Shown: positions 8,630 through 19,597 of the stretch, in pieces
How positions within the stretch are numbered: the first letter of the stretch is position 1
Layout: the number at the start of each line of letters is the position of its first letter
From: Nitrospirota bacterium
GTDB taxonomy: Bacteria > Nitrospirota > Thermodesulfovibrionia > Thermodesulfovibrionales > UBA9159
Length of the DNA: 64,000 nt
Direction: 5' to 3'
Assembly (NCBI GenBank): GCA_963699545.1
Contig: CAVOUE010000003.1
Coordinates: 704,001-768,000, forward strand
Position numbers and translations under genes: made by a program
Notes under the pieces: generated by a model
Databases searched by the model: none
What the model was told of the DNA's origin: nothing
Seen by the model: the letters and a program-made list of their open reading frames with translations, nothing else

Positions 8630-9259
8630 ATGATGGACCCGAGGGAGTTTAAGGCCCCTTATATAACAATTGAAGACATCAGGAAGGCGGTCGATGATTT
8701 TCGTAAACGGTATTGGCCCCGAGATGCAATCCCGGTTGATATTCTTGAAATTGTTGAGTTTGAACTGGGCTTGGAAATACGGACGATCTTCAACTTGAGA
8801 GAAGCCGGCGATGTGGATGCTCTTTTACTTGGTGATCTTAAGACGATCGCTGTTGACCAGAACGACTTCCTGAATGACCGCGCTCAAAACAGGCTCAGAT
8901 TTTCGATAGCGCATGAAATTGGTCATCTCATACTTCACAGAGACACTTTTTCGAAGATTCAATACTCCTCGATTAACGAATGGATTGCCTTCTTTCAGGA
9001 AATACCGGAGGATGAATATACATGGATTGAACAACATGCTTATGAATTTGCCGGACGGCTTCTTGTCCCGAGAGAAAAACTGATAGAGAAATTGAATGAT
9101 GCAGTTGCCTTGGCAAGGAGTTCAGGCTTTGATGCATGGGATGCCTCTGGCGACTCGACTCGCCAATTCGTAGCGCATGGTATTGCCAGGCATTTCGAAG
9201 TATCCGACCAGGTTATCGAAAAAAGGTTAATCAGAGAAAATCTCTGGCCACCGGCCTGA
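8630..9259 (+). CDS. ImmA/IrrE-family metallopeptidase
   Basis: RLRFSIAHEIGH (HExxH), E.HA.EFAGRLLVP, F.VS. Confidence 0.92.
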   Translation: MMDPREFKAPYITIEDIRKAVDDFRKRYWPRDAIPVDILEIVEFELGLEIRTIFNLREAGDVDALLLGDLKTIAVDQNDFLNDRAQNRLRFSIAHEIGHLILHRDTFSKIQYSSINEWIAFFQEIPEDEYTWIEQHAYEFAGRLLVPREKLIEKLNDAVALARSSGFDAWDASGDSTRQFVAHGIARHFEVSDQVIEKRLIRENLWPPA

Positions 9260-9335
9260 AGGGAGAAGGCAACGAAAATAGGTATGGTGTCGCCGAATTC
9301 AAGCATTCAGTATAATAAGGCGAAGGTAGAAGAAG

Positions 9336-9833
9336 ATGGTCAACTATGAGGAAATGGTAAGAGCTATACGGCAGATTATTCTGCGATAGAATCTGTCAGG
9401 GCAAATTGAGACATTAGAGCGACAGAAACAATGCCAAGCACATTTTTATCAGTCCTCGTCGAGTTATGCAAACCTGATCATGCTTGGAGGTTATGCCGGA
9501 TTATTTGGTTTATGGCAGTTAACGAAAACATATTTGCCTCAGCGGTTATCTCTCTGCACAGGGCTCCTCGCAGCAATTTCTATTGCTTTATTTGCCGGGT
9601 TTGAAGTAATTAAGATGATTGATCACGCCCGATTCTTACGGGAACTCAATAGAGTTATTGAACGGGAGATTACTGACGATCACGAACGTGTGGAGGTATG
9701 GAACAAGGCTTGGAATGAATTTAACCGCTTTCAATCAAAATGGTGGTTAATTTTCTTAGTCCCTACTGTGCTGACAGGGTTTGGTGCAGGACTTATTCTT
9801 ATTTACTCGCTGGTACTCAGTTTATTTTATTAA
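9336..9833 (+). pseudogene. Membrane protein (about 3 TM) interrupted by in-frame TAG at 9387-9389
   Basis: ATG at 9336 is in frame with ORF 9480-9833; the single stop reads QIILR*NLSG. Confidence 0.6.
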
Positions 9834-9941
9834 TCTTTCAGTAAGGGTGGAGTTTCCAAAGGCAATTTTCCCCCCGAAAGGCTATAGGAGACAATTCCTG
9901 TTCTCTCAAGAAGGTAAAATCAGTCTGATTGGGAACAAGAA

Positions 9942-9962
9942 GTCACATTTCTATCGAACTAT
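9942..9962 (+). repeat. Repeat R1 (partner 11163-11183)
   Basis: GTCACATTTCTATCGAACTAT vs GTCACATTCATATCGAACTAT, 19/21 identical. Confidence 0.75.
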
Positions 9963-10051
9963 TTTCAGCGGAAGCCTTCCTCCTGCTTCCAAGAATATGT
10001 GAAAGAGTGTATATTACAATCGAAAAGTCCAGAGGGGAACTGTAAATAGGA

Positions 10052-11032
10052 ATGGTAGGCGTGAAGATAATGTTGTGGATCGGTGTAGCCGGAGCGGCAC
10101 TGTTACTTATTCCCATAATATGGCTTGCAGCTAAAAACTGGAGTCCAGATATATATAAGCCGTTAATATCGATTGTTCTTGGCGGCATCGTGGCTCTTCT
10201 TATAACTCTATTGACTATCCTTCGAGACAGCGAGGAGCAGCGGAGATTCGTCTCATCAGTCGTGATGGACAACAGAACCCATCTTCCGGCGGTGGAGATT
10301 AAAGGAGATCTTCTTCTGGACGAGACCGCTTCCCCTGAGAATCGCGTCAAGTCTCGGCACGCGATACTTGGCCGATTTAGCGAGTTGACAAAGGACGCCA
10401 TTTCTGTCCAGTCTGATGAACGTGAGGATGCAATTGCTGCTGAATTTTTTGAATAGAAACTACTTTATGACATTGCGCAAAGTCAGGGTCCAGAGGGTAA
10501 GGCTTATGCAATTGGAGCCGACGAGAAAGGCACTCGTCGAATATACGCGAAAATTCAGGAAAAAATTCTTCCTCCTAATGCAGTACAAATAGAAAGAGAA
10601 TTGCTTCAAGAATGGCTTAAAGATAACCGTTTGTTCAAGTCACAAGTCGAGATGTACCTATATAATCTTCGCAGTATGTGGATGCCTAAGGATGCAAGGC
10701 TCACCCTGAGCGCCCAGATATTAGATACAATTCCTGCGAGGGTGATTTATATTGAAGTCCCAGATGTCTTGACGGCCTCTTTTCGCATACAGTGTCTTGG
10801 TTCTCCGGGATTCGGCATCCTGCCTCCCGCTGTGACTGTGAATGGGGCAGATCTGAAAAATTATCAGACATATGGAATCGACGTGACGATGAAAGTGCAT
10901 TATAAATGGACTTCAGCTGCAAGTCCACAGATGCCAGCCTATAAACAGTGGATATCATTCTTATTCACTCGGCTTGAGCAACTGAACTCTGACGATTTTC
11001 AGGTCTTCAAGCCGACAGAACACAAAAGATAA
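10052..11032 (+). pseudogene. 2-TM protein with large soluble domain, interrupted by in-frame TAG at 10454-10456
   Basis: ORFs 10052-10456 and 10601-11032 share a frame, with 48 open codons between them (EFFE*KLLYDIAQ...). Confidence 0.7.
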
Positions 11033-11048
11033 AATTATTCATCCCATT

Positions 11049-11093
11049 CTTTCTCTGCCTCATTTTCACCATTTCGCCTATTAATCAAGCATC
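11049..11093 (+). repeat. Repeat R2 (partner 11861-11905)
   Basis: 34/45 ungapped identity; core CCATTTCGCCT..AAT.AAGCA. Confidence 0.7.
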
Positions 11094-11365
11094 AATCTGG
11101 CAGATTGTGCAAAGGTTTTTTCAAGCACTCAGGCAAAATCGGAGGGATTAGGCATAAAAAAGGTCACATTCATATCGAACTATGCTCTCCGGGTCCTTCG
11201 TGCGTATTACGACCAGAAGAACTCATTTGCGGGGGGCCAACCCTTGCTATTTATAACCACATTTGAGGTAAAATGGTGCATGGAAAATGAGGGTAATCTA
11301 CAACATAGTGAAATTCCAACTCCAGAGACGTCTATTGTAAAGCGTGCCTCCTCTCGGAGACGACC

Positions 11366-11797
11366 GTGACAATGTGGCTTTATCAAATGGATCAGCGCCA
11401 GTGGCCGCCGAACAGCTACCGAATCGACATTTGGGAGAATGAGCGCTGGTCGTGGCCGATCGGAAGAAAAGCATCAACTGATTACCCAGCGCCTGGCGAT
11501 CGAATCGTCTTCTTTTACGCACCCAGCGGCGGCGCCGAACCTGGCTTCTACGGCTGGGCTATCGTGTTGGACATGCACGACGATGAGCGGGGCATGTACT
11601 TTCGACCCGTACGCCCAAGCGATCACCTGAAGATGCATCCTTGGTGGGATGCTGCGGCGAAGGCTATTGCCGATCAAGTTCGTGGCAAGGTCAAACAAGG
11701 TACGCTGTGGCAAGTTCCAGATGACCTGGCGGTGATCATCTCGACCGGCATCACGTCATGGGTGGCCGGCACGAGTCTGCCAAGCTCAGGAAGTTAG
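11366..11797 (+). CDS. Hypothetical protein, EVE/PUA-like
   Basis: WLYQM...W.W, PGDRIVFFY, GFYGWAIV pattern typical of EVE-like domains. Confidence 0.55.
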   Translation: MTMWLYQMDQRQWPPNSYRIDIWENERWSWPIGRKASTDYPAPGDRIVFFYAPSGGAEPGFYGWAIVLDMHDDERGMYFRPVRPSDHLKMHPWWDAAAKAIADQVRGKVKQGTLWQVPDDLAVIISTGITSWVAGTSLPSSGS

Positions 11798-11953
11798 CAA
11801 CATTTTTGTTGCCATCTGTTTATAACCGGTGAATTAACTCGTCCATCTCGCCTCTCAGTCCTTTCTCTATCCCAGATTTTCCATTTCGCCTGTCAATTAA
11901 GCACCTTCAGTTTCACCTCGCAAGAGACTGAGAACTCCCTCCAGTCCCTTTAG

Positions 11954-12096
11954 CAGGCTGCTGAGAAAATCCCAAATTCGTCATTCCCCGGCTTGACCGG
12001 GGAATCCAAGTTAAGTATAAATTATTGAAAAGCATGGATTCCCGCCTTCGCGAGAATGACAGATGAAAGCCGCGAAAATAGTTCTTCAGCATCCTG
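11954..12096. mobile_element. 143-bp MITE (IS5/IS1182-like ends) containing a REP-like palindrome pair
   Basis: TIRs CAGGCTGCTGA / TCAGCATCCTG (10/11), flanked by TTAG at 11950-11953 and 12097-12100. Internal CGTCATTCCCCGG..CCGGGGAATCC ... GGATTCCCGCCTTCGCGAGAATGAC. Confidence 0.75.
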
Positions 12097-12152
12097 TTAG
12101 AAGGAAGCTCGTGGAGACCCTCAGCGTGCTCCTGAAGTATAATAGTACAACC

Positions 12153-12935
12153 ATGAGACGGATTCGATTGACACTTCAGTATGACGGTTCAGCTTATCAG
12201 GGATGGCAGGTGCAGGCTTCAGGGGTCACTATACAGGGGCTGCTCCAGGACTGCATCTACAGGCTGACAGGCGAAAGGGTGAAGGTGATCGGAGCGGGAA
12301 GGACCGATGCAGGGGTTCATGCCCTGGAACAGGTGGCAGCCTTTGATTCCGGTTCGGGACTTCACGTTGATGTCATCGGGAGGGCGCTGAACGCGATGCT
12401 CCCGCAAGACATACGGGTCATGGACGCGAAGGACGTTGAAGGGGACTTTCACGCGAGATACAGCGCCCGGTCAAAATGCTATGTATACGTGCTGGCGAAT
12501 ATGAGGGATGTCCCGGTGTTCATGGACAGGTATGTCTGGTCGATCACCTGTCCCCTTGATCTGGAAGCTATGAAGGCAGCATCGGCATGCCTCATCGGAA
12601 GGCATGATTTCACGTCTTTCAGGGGATCGGGCTGCGGGGCAAAGAACGCGGTGAGGACGGTACACAGCCTGGAGGTCAAGAAGCTCTGCGAGGCCGCATT
12701 CCTCTTTGCGAGGTTCCGGGGTGAGTTTATCACAATAACCGTGGAGGCAGATGCCTTCCTCAGGCATATGGTGAGGAACATGGTGGGGACTCTTGTGGAA
12801 GCCGGCAGGGGGAGGTTATCCCCCGAAAGGGTGAAAGTCATTCTTGAATCAAGGGACAGGAGGCTTGCCGGACCAACAGCGCCGGCAAAGGGGCTTTTCC
12901 TGCAGAACGTGAGCTATGAGCCCCGGGCCTCTTAG
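12153..12935 (+). CDS. truA: tRNA pseudouridine(38-40) synthase
   Basis: YDGS.Y.GWQ, GAGRTDAGVHA, FLRHMVR, AGPTAPAKGL. True start is MRRIRL at 12153; the upstream extension lies in the MITE. Confidence 0.97.
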   Translation: MRRIRLTLQYDGSAYQGWQVQASGVTIQGLLQDCIYRLTGERVKVIGAGRTDAGVHALEQVAAFDSGSGLHVDVIGRALNAMLPQDIRVMDAKDVEGDFHARYSARSKCYVYVLANMRDVPVFMDRYVWSITCPLDLEAMKAASACLIGRHDFTSFRGSGCGAKNAVRTVHSLEVKKLCEAAFLFARFRGEFITITVEADAFLRHMVRNMVGTLVEAGRGRLSPERVKVILESRDRRLAGPTAPAKGLFLQNVSYEPRAS

Positions 12936-13675
12936 GTGATTATCTCTTCCCGTGCTATTTTTTCGAGCTGCTCCCTTTTTTCCTGACAGTCCCTGCAGTA
13001 GATGGCAAAGGGCATGACCTTTAGCCGCTCAGAAGTGATCTCTCCTCCGCACTCCTCACAGACGCCATAGGTGCCTTCCCTGAGTTTCATCAGGGCCTCG
13101 TCTATGCCGAGGAGCCGCTCCCTGTGTGTTTCAAGGCGCCTGATATTGATGTCTGCGGAAAGATCGATCACCGACCAGTCGCCGTCGTCCAGGGCGGTCT
13201 CAACAAGCTGGTTGGCTTCTCCCTTTATGTACTTGGCGATCTCATCCTTGGCCTCCCGCACGATCTCTTCCCGTTTGCTGATGAGATGCTTCCGCAGCAG
13301 CTCTTTCCTTGCGGTCAATGGCGGGGCAGTTGCGCGCGTTGTCCTGGACGGCGTTTTCCGTGAAACAGTCCGTGCCCTGACTTTCGGGGCAGGCTTCCTC
13401 TGTGCAACGCGCTTTGCAATTGCTTTTGGTCTCCTGCTCACGACTTTTTTCCGGACGGGTTTCTTTGCCGGTCTTGATATCTTTTTCGTCTTTTCTTTTA
13501 CCGTCTTTTTTTGAGCTTGCTTCTTTTCTTGGACCTTCTTCTGAGCCTTCACCTTCCCGGCCGGTCTCACCGGTCCCGCGGTCCTTTTCTTCGTCGCCGT
13601 TTTCTTCTTTGGCGTTATCTTCCTCACTGCTGTTTTTTTCTTTGCCGCTGTCCCTGTTCTCTTTTTCTTTGCCAT
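12932..13675 (-). CDS. dksA: DksA/TraR C4 zinc-finger protein with long Lys/Arg-rich N-terminus
   Basis: DDGDWS coil tip, GTYGVCEECG, RL...P.A.YCRDC; about 120-aa histone-H1-like tail. Confidence 0.85.
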   Translation of the reverse strand: MAKKKRTGTAAKKKTAVRKITPKKKTATKKRTAGPVRPAGKVKAQKKVQEKKQAQKKTVKEKTKKISRPAKKPVRKKVVSRRPKAIAKRVAQRKPAPKVRARTVSRKTPSRTTRATAPPLTARKELLRKHLISKREEIVREAKDEIAKYIKGEANQLVETALDDGDWSVIDLSADINIRRLETHRERLLGIDEALMKLREGTYGVCEECGGEITSERLKVMPFAIYCRDCQEKREQLEKIAREEIIT

Positions 13676-13676
13676 C

Positions 13677-13820
13677 TTATTTTGCCTCTTCCGCTGGTTT
13701 TTCTTCTTCTTTATGGAGCTCGAGGATGCTCCTTACCTGGATCCCTGCCTGCTGAAGGGCCTTCTGGACGTCCGTAAGCTTTGCATCCTTCACTTTTACG
13801 ATATAGTTGATGTTCGTCAT
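13677..13820 (-). CDS. 47-aa small protein between frr and dksA
   Basis: Hand translation MTNINYIVKVKDAKLTDVQKALQQAGIQVRSILELHKEEEKPAEEAK; 1-nt gaps to both neighbours; GGAGG SD in the end of frr. Confidence 0.75.
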   Translation of the reverse strand: MTNINYIVKVKDAKLTDVQKALQQAGIQVRSILELHKEEEKPAEEAK

Positions 13821-13821
13821 C

Positions 13822-15106
<1,285 letters not shown>

Positions 15107-15242
15107 TCACCTGCCTTGGATCTTCTCAGATTATAAATGCAAAAACCCGATACCTCAACGCCAGAGACAAAAGATCCAAACACGATGAGCGATCCTGCTC
15201 CCGCGTGTCTTACCTCACGGCAGATTTCTGAACAGGATGCTC

Positions 15243-15842
15243 TTACAGTTTCTCCCCGACCTGGAATCGCGCGAAGCGTTTCACAATGATATTCTCACCC
15301 AACTTCGCGATCTTCTCGACCACCAGGTCCTTCACCTTCAGTTTCTGTTCAGGGTCTTTGATAAAGATCTGATCCAGGAGACAGGTCTCGGAGAAAAACT
15401 TGTCCAGTTTCCCTTCCACGATCTTCTCTACCACCTGGGGCGGCTTTCCCGTGACCTGAGAGCGGTAAATCTCCCGTTCGCTTTCCACAACACTCTGGGG
15501 CACGTCGTCCCGTGACACATACACAGGGTTGGCGGCGGCGATGTGCATCGCCACATCCTTGAGGAGATTTCTGAAATCATCGGTGCGTGCAACAAAGTCA
15601 GTCTCACAGTTCATCTCCACCATGACCCCTATTCTGTCCATGTGGATATACGCTCCGACCAGGCCTTCCGACGCGGTTCTCCCCGCCTTTCTTGACGCAC
15701 TGGCAAGTCCCTTCTGCCTGAGAACCGTCAGCGCCTTTTCAAAATCCCCGCTGCTTTCGGTAAGCGCTTTCTTGCACTCCATCATGCCTGCGCCCGTCTT
15801 CTCCCGCAGGTCCTTGACCATATCCGCTGAGATCGTTGTCAT
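15243..15842 (-). CDS. tsf: Elongation factor Ts (short form)
   Basis: [24 protein letters not shown]. Confidence 0.98.
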   Translation of the reverse strand: MTTISADMVKDLREKTGAGMMECKKALTESSGDFEKALTVLRQKGLASASRKAGRTASEGLVGAYIHMDRIGVMVEMNCETDFVARTDDFRNLLKDVAMHIAAANPVYVSRDDVPQSVVESEREIYRSQVTGKPPQVVEKIVEGKLDKFFSETCLLDQIFIKDPEQKLKVKDLVVEKIAKLGENIIVKRFARFQVGEKL

Positions 15843-16642
15843 GCTGAAACCTCCGCTTTTTCTCCTGCCGGTCCCGCGGCCGCGCTTTCCCCGGTCTCCT
15901 CCTGCTGTATCTTTTCTTCGATCTTTGTCTTTTCTTCCTCCATTGCGGCAGCCTTGGCTACGATCGCCTTGCCTTCGTTCACCGAATCAGCGATCTTTGA
16001 GGCGATGAGCTTTATGGCCCTGATGGCGTCGTCGTTCCCCGGGATGACATAGTCGACCTCATCCGGGTCGCAGTTGGTATCCACCACCGCCACAACGGGT
16101 ATGGAAAGCTTCCGCGCCTCTGCAATCGCGATCTTCTCCTTTTTTGGATCGATCACAAAGATCGCTCCGGGCAGGCCGTTCATGTCCTTTATTCCGGTGA
16201 GATTCCTTTCGAGCTTTACCCGCTCCTTTTCGAGGAGCGAGATCTCTTTCTTGGAGAGGGCGTTATAGGTGCCGTCCTCTTTCATCTTCTCGATGCTCTT
16301 GAGGCGCTCGATGCTCTTCTTTATGGTGGAGAAGTTGGTGAGCATCCCGCCGAGCCATCTCTGGTTCACGAAGAACGCCCCTGCCCTCTGGGCCTCTTCC
16401 TGCACCGCATCCTGCGCCTGTTTCTTCGTGCCTACATAGAGGATGGGCGCATTGCCCGTTGAGGTTTCCCTGACGAACTTACAGGCCTCTTCAAGTCCCT
16501 TCAGCGTCTTCTGAAGGTCAATGATGTAGATGCCGTTCCTCTCCCCAAAGATGTACTTCTTCATCTTGGGGTTCCACCGCTTCACCTGGTGGCCGAAATG
16601 TACCCCGGCTTCCAGGAGTTCCTTCATCGTTACTACAGGCAT
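15839..16642 (-). CDS. rpsB: 30S ribosomal protein S2
   Basis: [24 protein letters not shown]. Confidence 0.98.
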   Translation of the reverse strand: MPVVTMKELLEAGVHFGHQVKRWNPKMKKYIFGERNGIYIIDLQKTLKGLEEACKFVRETSTGNAPILYVGTKKQAQDAVQEEAQRAGAFFVNQRWLGGMLTNFSTIKKSIERLKSIEKMKEDGTYNALSKKEISLLEKERVKLERNLTGIKDMNGLPGAIFVIDPKKEKIAIAEARKLSIPVVAVVDTNCDPDEVDYVIPGNDDAIRAIKLIASKIADSVNEGKAIVAKAAAMEEEKTKIEEKIQQEETGESAAAGPAGEKAEVSA

Positions 16643-16649
16643 ACATACC

Positions 16650-16762
16650 TCCTCTGGTTTTCCCTCCGCCGTTACCGCCTCGGACGAGAATCCTCTGCCC
16701 TGGCTCCCCTTCCCCTTTGCTCAAACGAGACCAGCAGGGAAATCGCAACGGCGTGCGTAGTG
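16650..16762 (-). promoter_or_regulatory. Structured rpsB 5' leader (putative S2 autoregulatory RNA)
   Basis: Long-range stem CGCCGUUGC/GUAACGGCG enclosing inner hairpins, upstream of the rpsB SD. Confidence 0.45.
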
Positions 16763-16892
16763 ATTAATAACAGAGCGTTTACGGAAATAGTCGGTCCACG
16801 CTCTGAGGGTAGCAATCTTATCATAAGAAAGGCTCTTTTTGCAAGGGTATCGACGTTGAAAACAAAAATCCGTTGTGATAAAGTCCATAGGC

Positions 16893-17966
16893 ATGGGAAG
16901 CAACAGAGCCTGGGATCTGGAAGCCCTTATCAATTCACTCAGCGAGGCGGTCCTTCTTCTCGATAAACGCGGCACCATAACGTTTGTCAACAAAACAGGA
17001 GAGGAACTCTTCCGCAGGAGCCATCAGGAGATCATCGCGAAAAGACTGACAGACCTCTATCCGGAGGCGCGGGCCCTTGCGGGACTGGCAAAGAAGGCCA
17101 TGAAGGAAGTGAGGTCGTTCAGCATAAAAGATACAGAGGCGAAGATCAACGGTATGTCCAGGGTCGACGTCGATATCTCTCCCTTCATTGTGGATGGCCG
17201 GTGCGAAGGGGTTTTGCTCTCCATCCGCGAGAACCTGTCCATTGCCGAGCGAGAGGATCCCTCCTTTGATTCCCTTGTCTTTCTGCTCGGCACCATAGCG
17301 CATGAGATAAAAAATCCCCTTGGAGGGATCAAGGGTGCCGCGCAGCTCCTGAAGAGGAAACTGGTGAGGGAGCGGGAAACACCCCGGGGTGCTGATGACG
17401 TTGACGAGTATATAAACCTCATCATCCGTGAAACAGACCGCCTGAACACCGTGCTCCAGAACTACCTCACCATGAGCAAAAGATCTGTGCTTCAGCAGGT
17501 GAATGTGCACGAGGTTCTCGAAAAGGCGATCTCGATCATGGATTTATCGCTGAAAAATGGTAATATATCCCTGCACCGTTTCTACGATCCGAGCCTGCCG
17601 AGGGTGACCGGAGACGGGGGCAAGCTTCTCCAGGTCTTTCTCAATATTGTGAAGAACGCCCTGGAGGCGATGCCCCGCGGGGGAACTCTGAGCGTTATGA
17701 CGCGGCCATCCGGAGAATACGTGGTCCAGAACGGGCAGGTGAAGCGGTGGGCAGTGATCTCCCTCAGAGATACAGGAAAGGGTATCCCGAAAAATGAGAT
17801 GCAGAAGATATTCCTTCCTTTTTATACAAAGAGGAAAAAGGGGACCGGGCTCGGTCTTGCTCTTTCGAAGAAGATCATAAAGGACCATAACGGTTTTATT
17901 AAAGTGGAGAGGCCGGATTCGGGAAAGGGTACGGTATTTCATATCTACATCCCCTTCGCCCAGTGA
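16893..17966 (+). CDS. PAS sensor histidine kinase, NtrB-like
   Basis: AHEIKNPLGGIKGAAQLL, YDPSLP, GTGLGL. Confidence 0.88.
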   Translation: MGSNRAWDLEALINSLSEAVLLLDKRGTITFVNKTGEELFRRSHQEIIAKRLTDLYPEARALAGLAKKAMKEVRSFSIKDTEAKINGMSRVDVDISPFIVDGRCEGVLLSIRENLSIAEREDPSFDSLVFLLGTIAHEIKNPLGGIKGAAQLLKRKLVRERETPRGADDVDEYINLIIRETDRLNTVLQNYLTMSKRSVLQQVNVHEVLEKAISIMDLSLKNGNISLHRFYDPSLPRVTGDGGKLLQVFLNIVKNALEAMPRGGTLSVMTRPSGEYVVQNGQVKRWAVISLRDTGKGIPKNEMQKIFLPFYTKRKKGTGLGLALSKKIIKDHNGFIKVERPDSGKGTVFHIYIPFAQ

Positions 17967-18039
17967 ATCATCGGCGCGATCGCTGTGATGTAAGAAGGAA
18001 TGTGCGTCGGTACGTGAACAGTCATTTCGGCACAACAGC

Positions 18040-19431
18040 ATGGAAAAAGAAGTCCTCATAATCGATGATGATGAATCCATAACCTGGGTCGTGAAGAAAG
18101 CCCTGGAACCCATGGGCTATAACGTGACCTCACGTCCAAGGCTCTCGTCGGGACTCAGGGCGGTGAAGGGAGGGTTTCAGCTTGTCCTTCTGGACATCGT
18201 CCTCCCCGACGGCAACGGCCTGGAAGGGCTCAAGGAGATACGGTCTTCCTATCCGGATGCGGTGGTGATCATGGTCACTGCTCATGGAAAGATGGAGAGC
18301 ACCATAGAGGCGATGAAAGAGGGCGCCTATGATTATCTTGAGAAACCGTTCGATATCGAGGAACTCAAGATAACCGTCGAGAAGGCCTTCAGGGATATGG
18401 CGGTGAGGGAGGAACTGAACAGCCTCAGGAGCGCCACTGCCGAGGCCGAGGAACCTCAGATCGTGGGGAGAAGCCCCAGGATGCTGAAGGTCTTCAAGGA
18501 CATCGGGCGCGTTGCTTCCCGGGATATCACGGTCCTGGTGACGGGGGAAAGCGGCACCGGTAAGGAACTGGTGGCAAAGGCGATCCATTACAACAGCAAG
18601 CGCAGGAGCGGGCCCTTTGGCGCCATAAACTCCGCCTCTATTCCCAGGGACCTCATGGAGGCCGAGCTTTTCGGATGGGAGAAGGGGGCTTTTACCGGGG
18701 CGCGGGACAAGCACATCGGCAAGATCGAAGCGGCCAACGGCGGCACGCTTTTTCTGGACGAAATTTCAGAACTTGACGCTAATCTTCAGGCAAAGCTCCT
18801 GAGGTTCATGCAGGACAAGAGATTCAGCCCCCTGGGGAGCAACAGGGTGCTGGAGGCCGATGTAAGGGTCATCGGCGCGACCAACAAGGACCTGAAGGAC
18901 GCGGTGGGCAAGGGGGCATTCAGGGAGGATCTCTACTACCGGTTCAATGTCGTGCAGATCAAGCTCCCTCCCCTCAGGGAAAGAAGGGAGGACATAAACC
19001 CGCTCGCAAAGCATTTTCTGAAGGACGCAGAGAAGAGGTTCGAGACGGGGAAAAAGGAACTGTCGAAAGAGGCGAAAGACCTTCTTCTCAAATACAACTG
19101 GCCCGGCAATGTGCGGGAATTGGAGAATGCCGTCAGGAGAGCATGTGTGCTGTCCAACGGAGCGGTCATCGAGAAGCGGGACCTTCTCCTGGATGAGGCC
19201 AGTTCCTTCACCATAAAGGAATTCCTCGAGGATAAGCTGAAGCGTTACCTCAAGGAGATGACGAAGCTGGAGAACTGCAACCTCTACGAGACGGTGATCT
19301 CCGAGGTCGAGAAGGCCCTCATAAACATCGTGCTGAACGAGACGGGGGGAAACCAGCTCAAAGCTGCGAAGACCCTCGGCATCAACAGGAATACCCTCAG
19401 GACGAAGATAAAGGCGTACCGGATAAAGTAA
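18040..19431 (+). CDS. sigma54-dependent response regulator, NtrC-like
   Basis: Receiver domain, GESGTGKE, GAFTGA, WPGNVRELEN, Fis-type HTH. Confidence 0.93.
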   Translation: MEKEVLIIDDDESITWVVKKALEPMGYNVTSRPRLSSGLRAVKGGFQLVLLDIVLPDGNGLEGLKEIRSSYPDAVVIMVTAHGKMESTIEAMKEGAYDYLEKPFDIEELKITVEKAFRDMAVREELNSLRSATAEAEEPQIVGRSPRMLKVFKDIGRVASRDITVLVTGESGTGKELVAKAIHYNSKRRSGPFGAINSASIPRDLMEAELFGWEKGAFTGARDKHIGKIEAANGGTLFLDEISELDANLQAKLLRFMQDKRFSPLGSNRVLEADVRVIGATNKDLKDAVGKGAFREDLYYRFNVVQIKLPPLRERREDINPLAKHFLKDAEKRFETGKKELSKEAKDLLLKYNWPGNVRELENAVRRACVLSNGAVIEKRDLLLDEASSFTIKEFLEDKLKRYLKEMTKLENCNLYETVISEVEKALINIVLNETGGNQLKAAKTLGINRNTLRTKIKAYRIK

Positions 19432-19501
19432 TTGATTTAATTGCGGTGCTGTGGTATAAATAACGGATCGGGTTCTCAGAACGTTTCTTGATAATGGGTA
19501 C

Positions 19502-19597
19502 CCTCCTTGCCCTCGCTGAGGCGAGGGCTGTTCTGCCGCGGGTCCTAGACTCCCGGCGGACCCCCTGACGGGGGAAAATCCATAAGGAGGTGTTCAG
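19502..19597 (+). promoter_or_regulatory. rpsF (S6:S18) leader RNA
   Basis: CCUCCUU (19502-19508) can pair with the SD AAGGAGG (19584-19590); a CCA motif lies just 5' of the SD; internal hairpins present. Confidence 0.6.

Noticed and set aside
9942-11905. Integron attC array or CRISPR array
   Set aside because: No attC core sites, integrase, regularly spaced repeats or cas genes were seen anywhere in the window.
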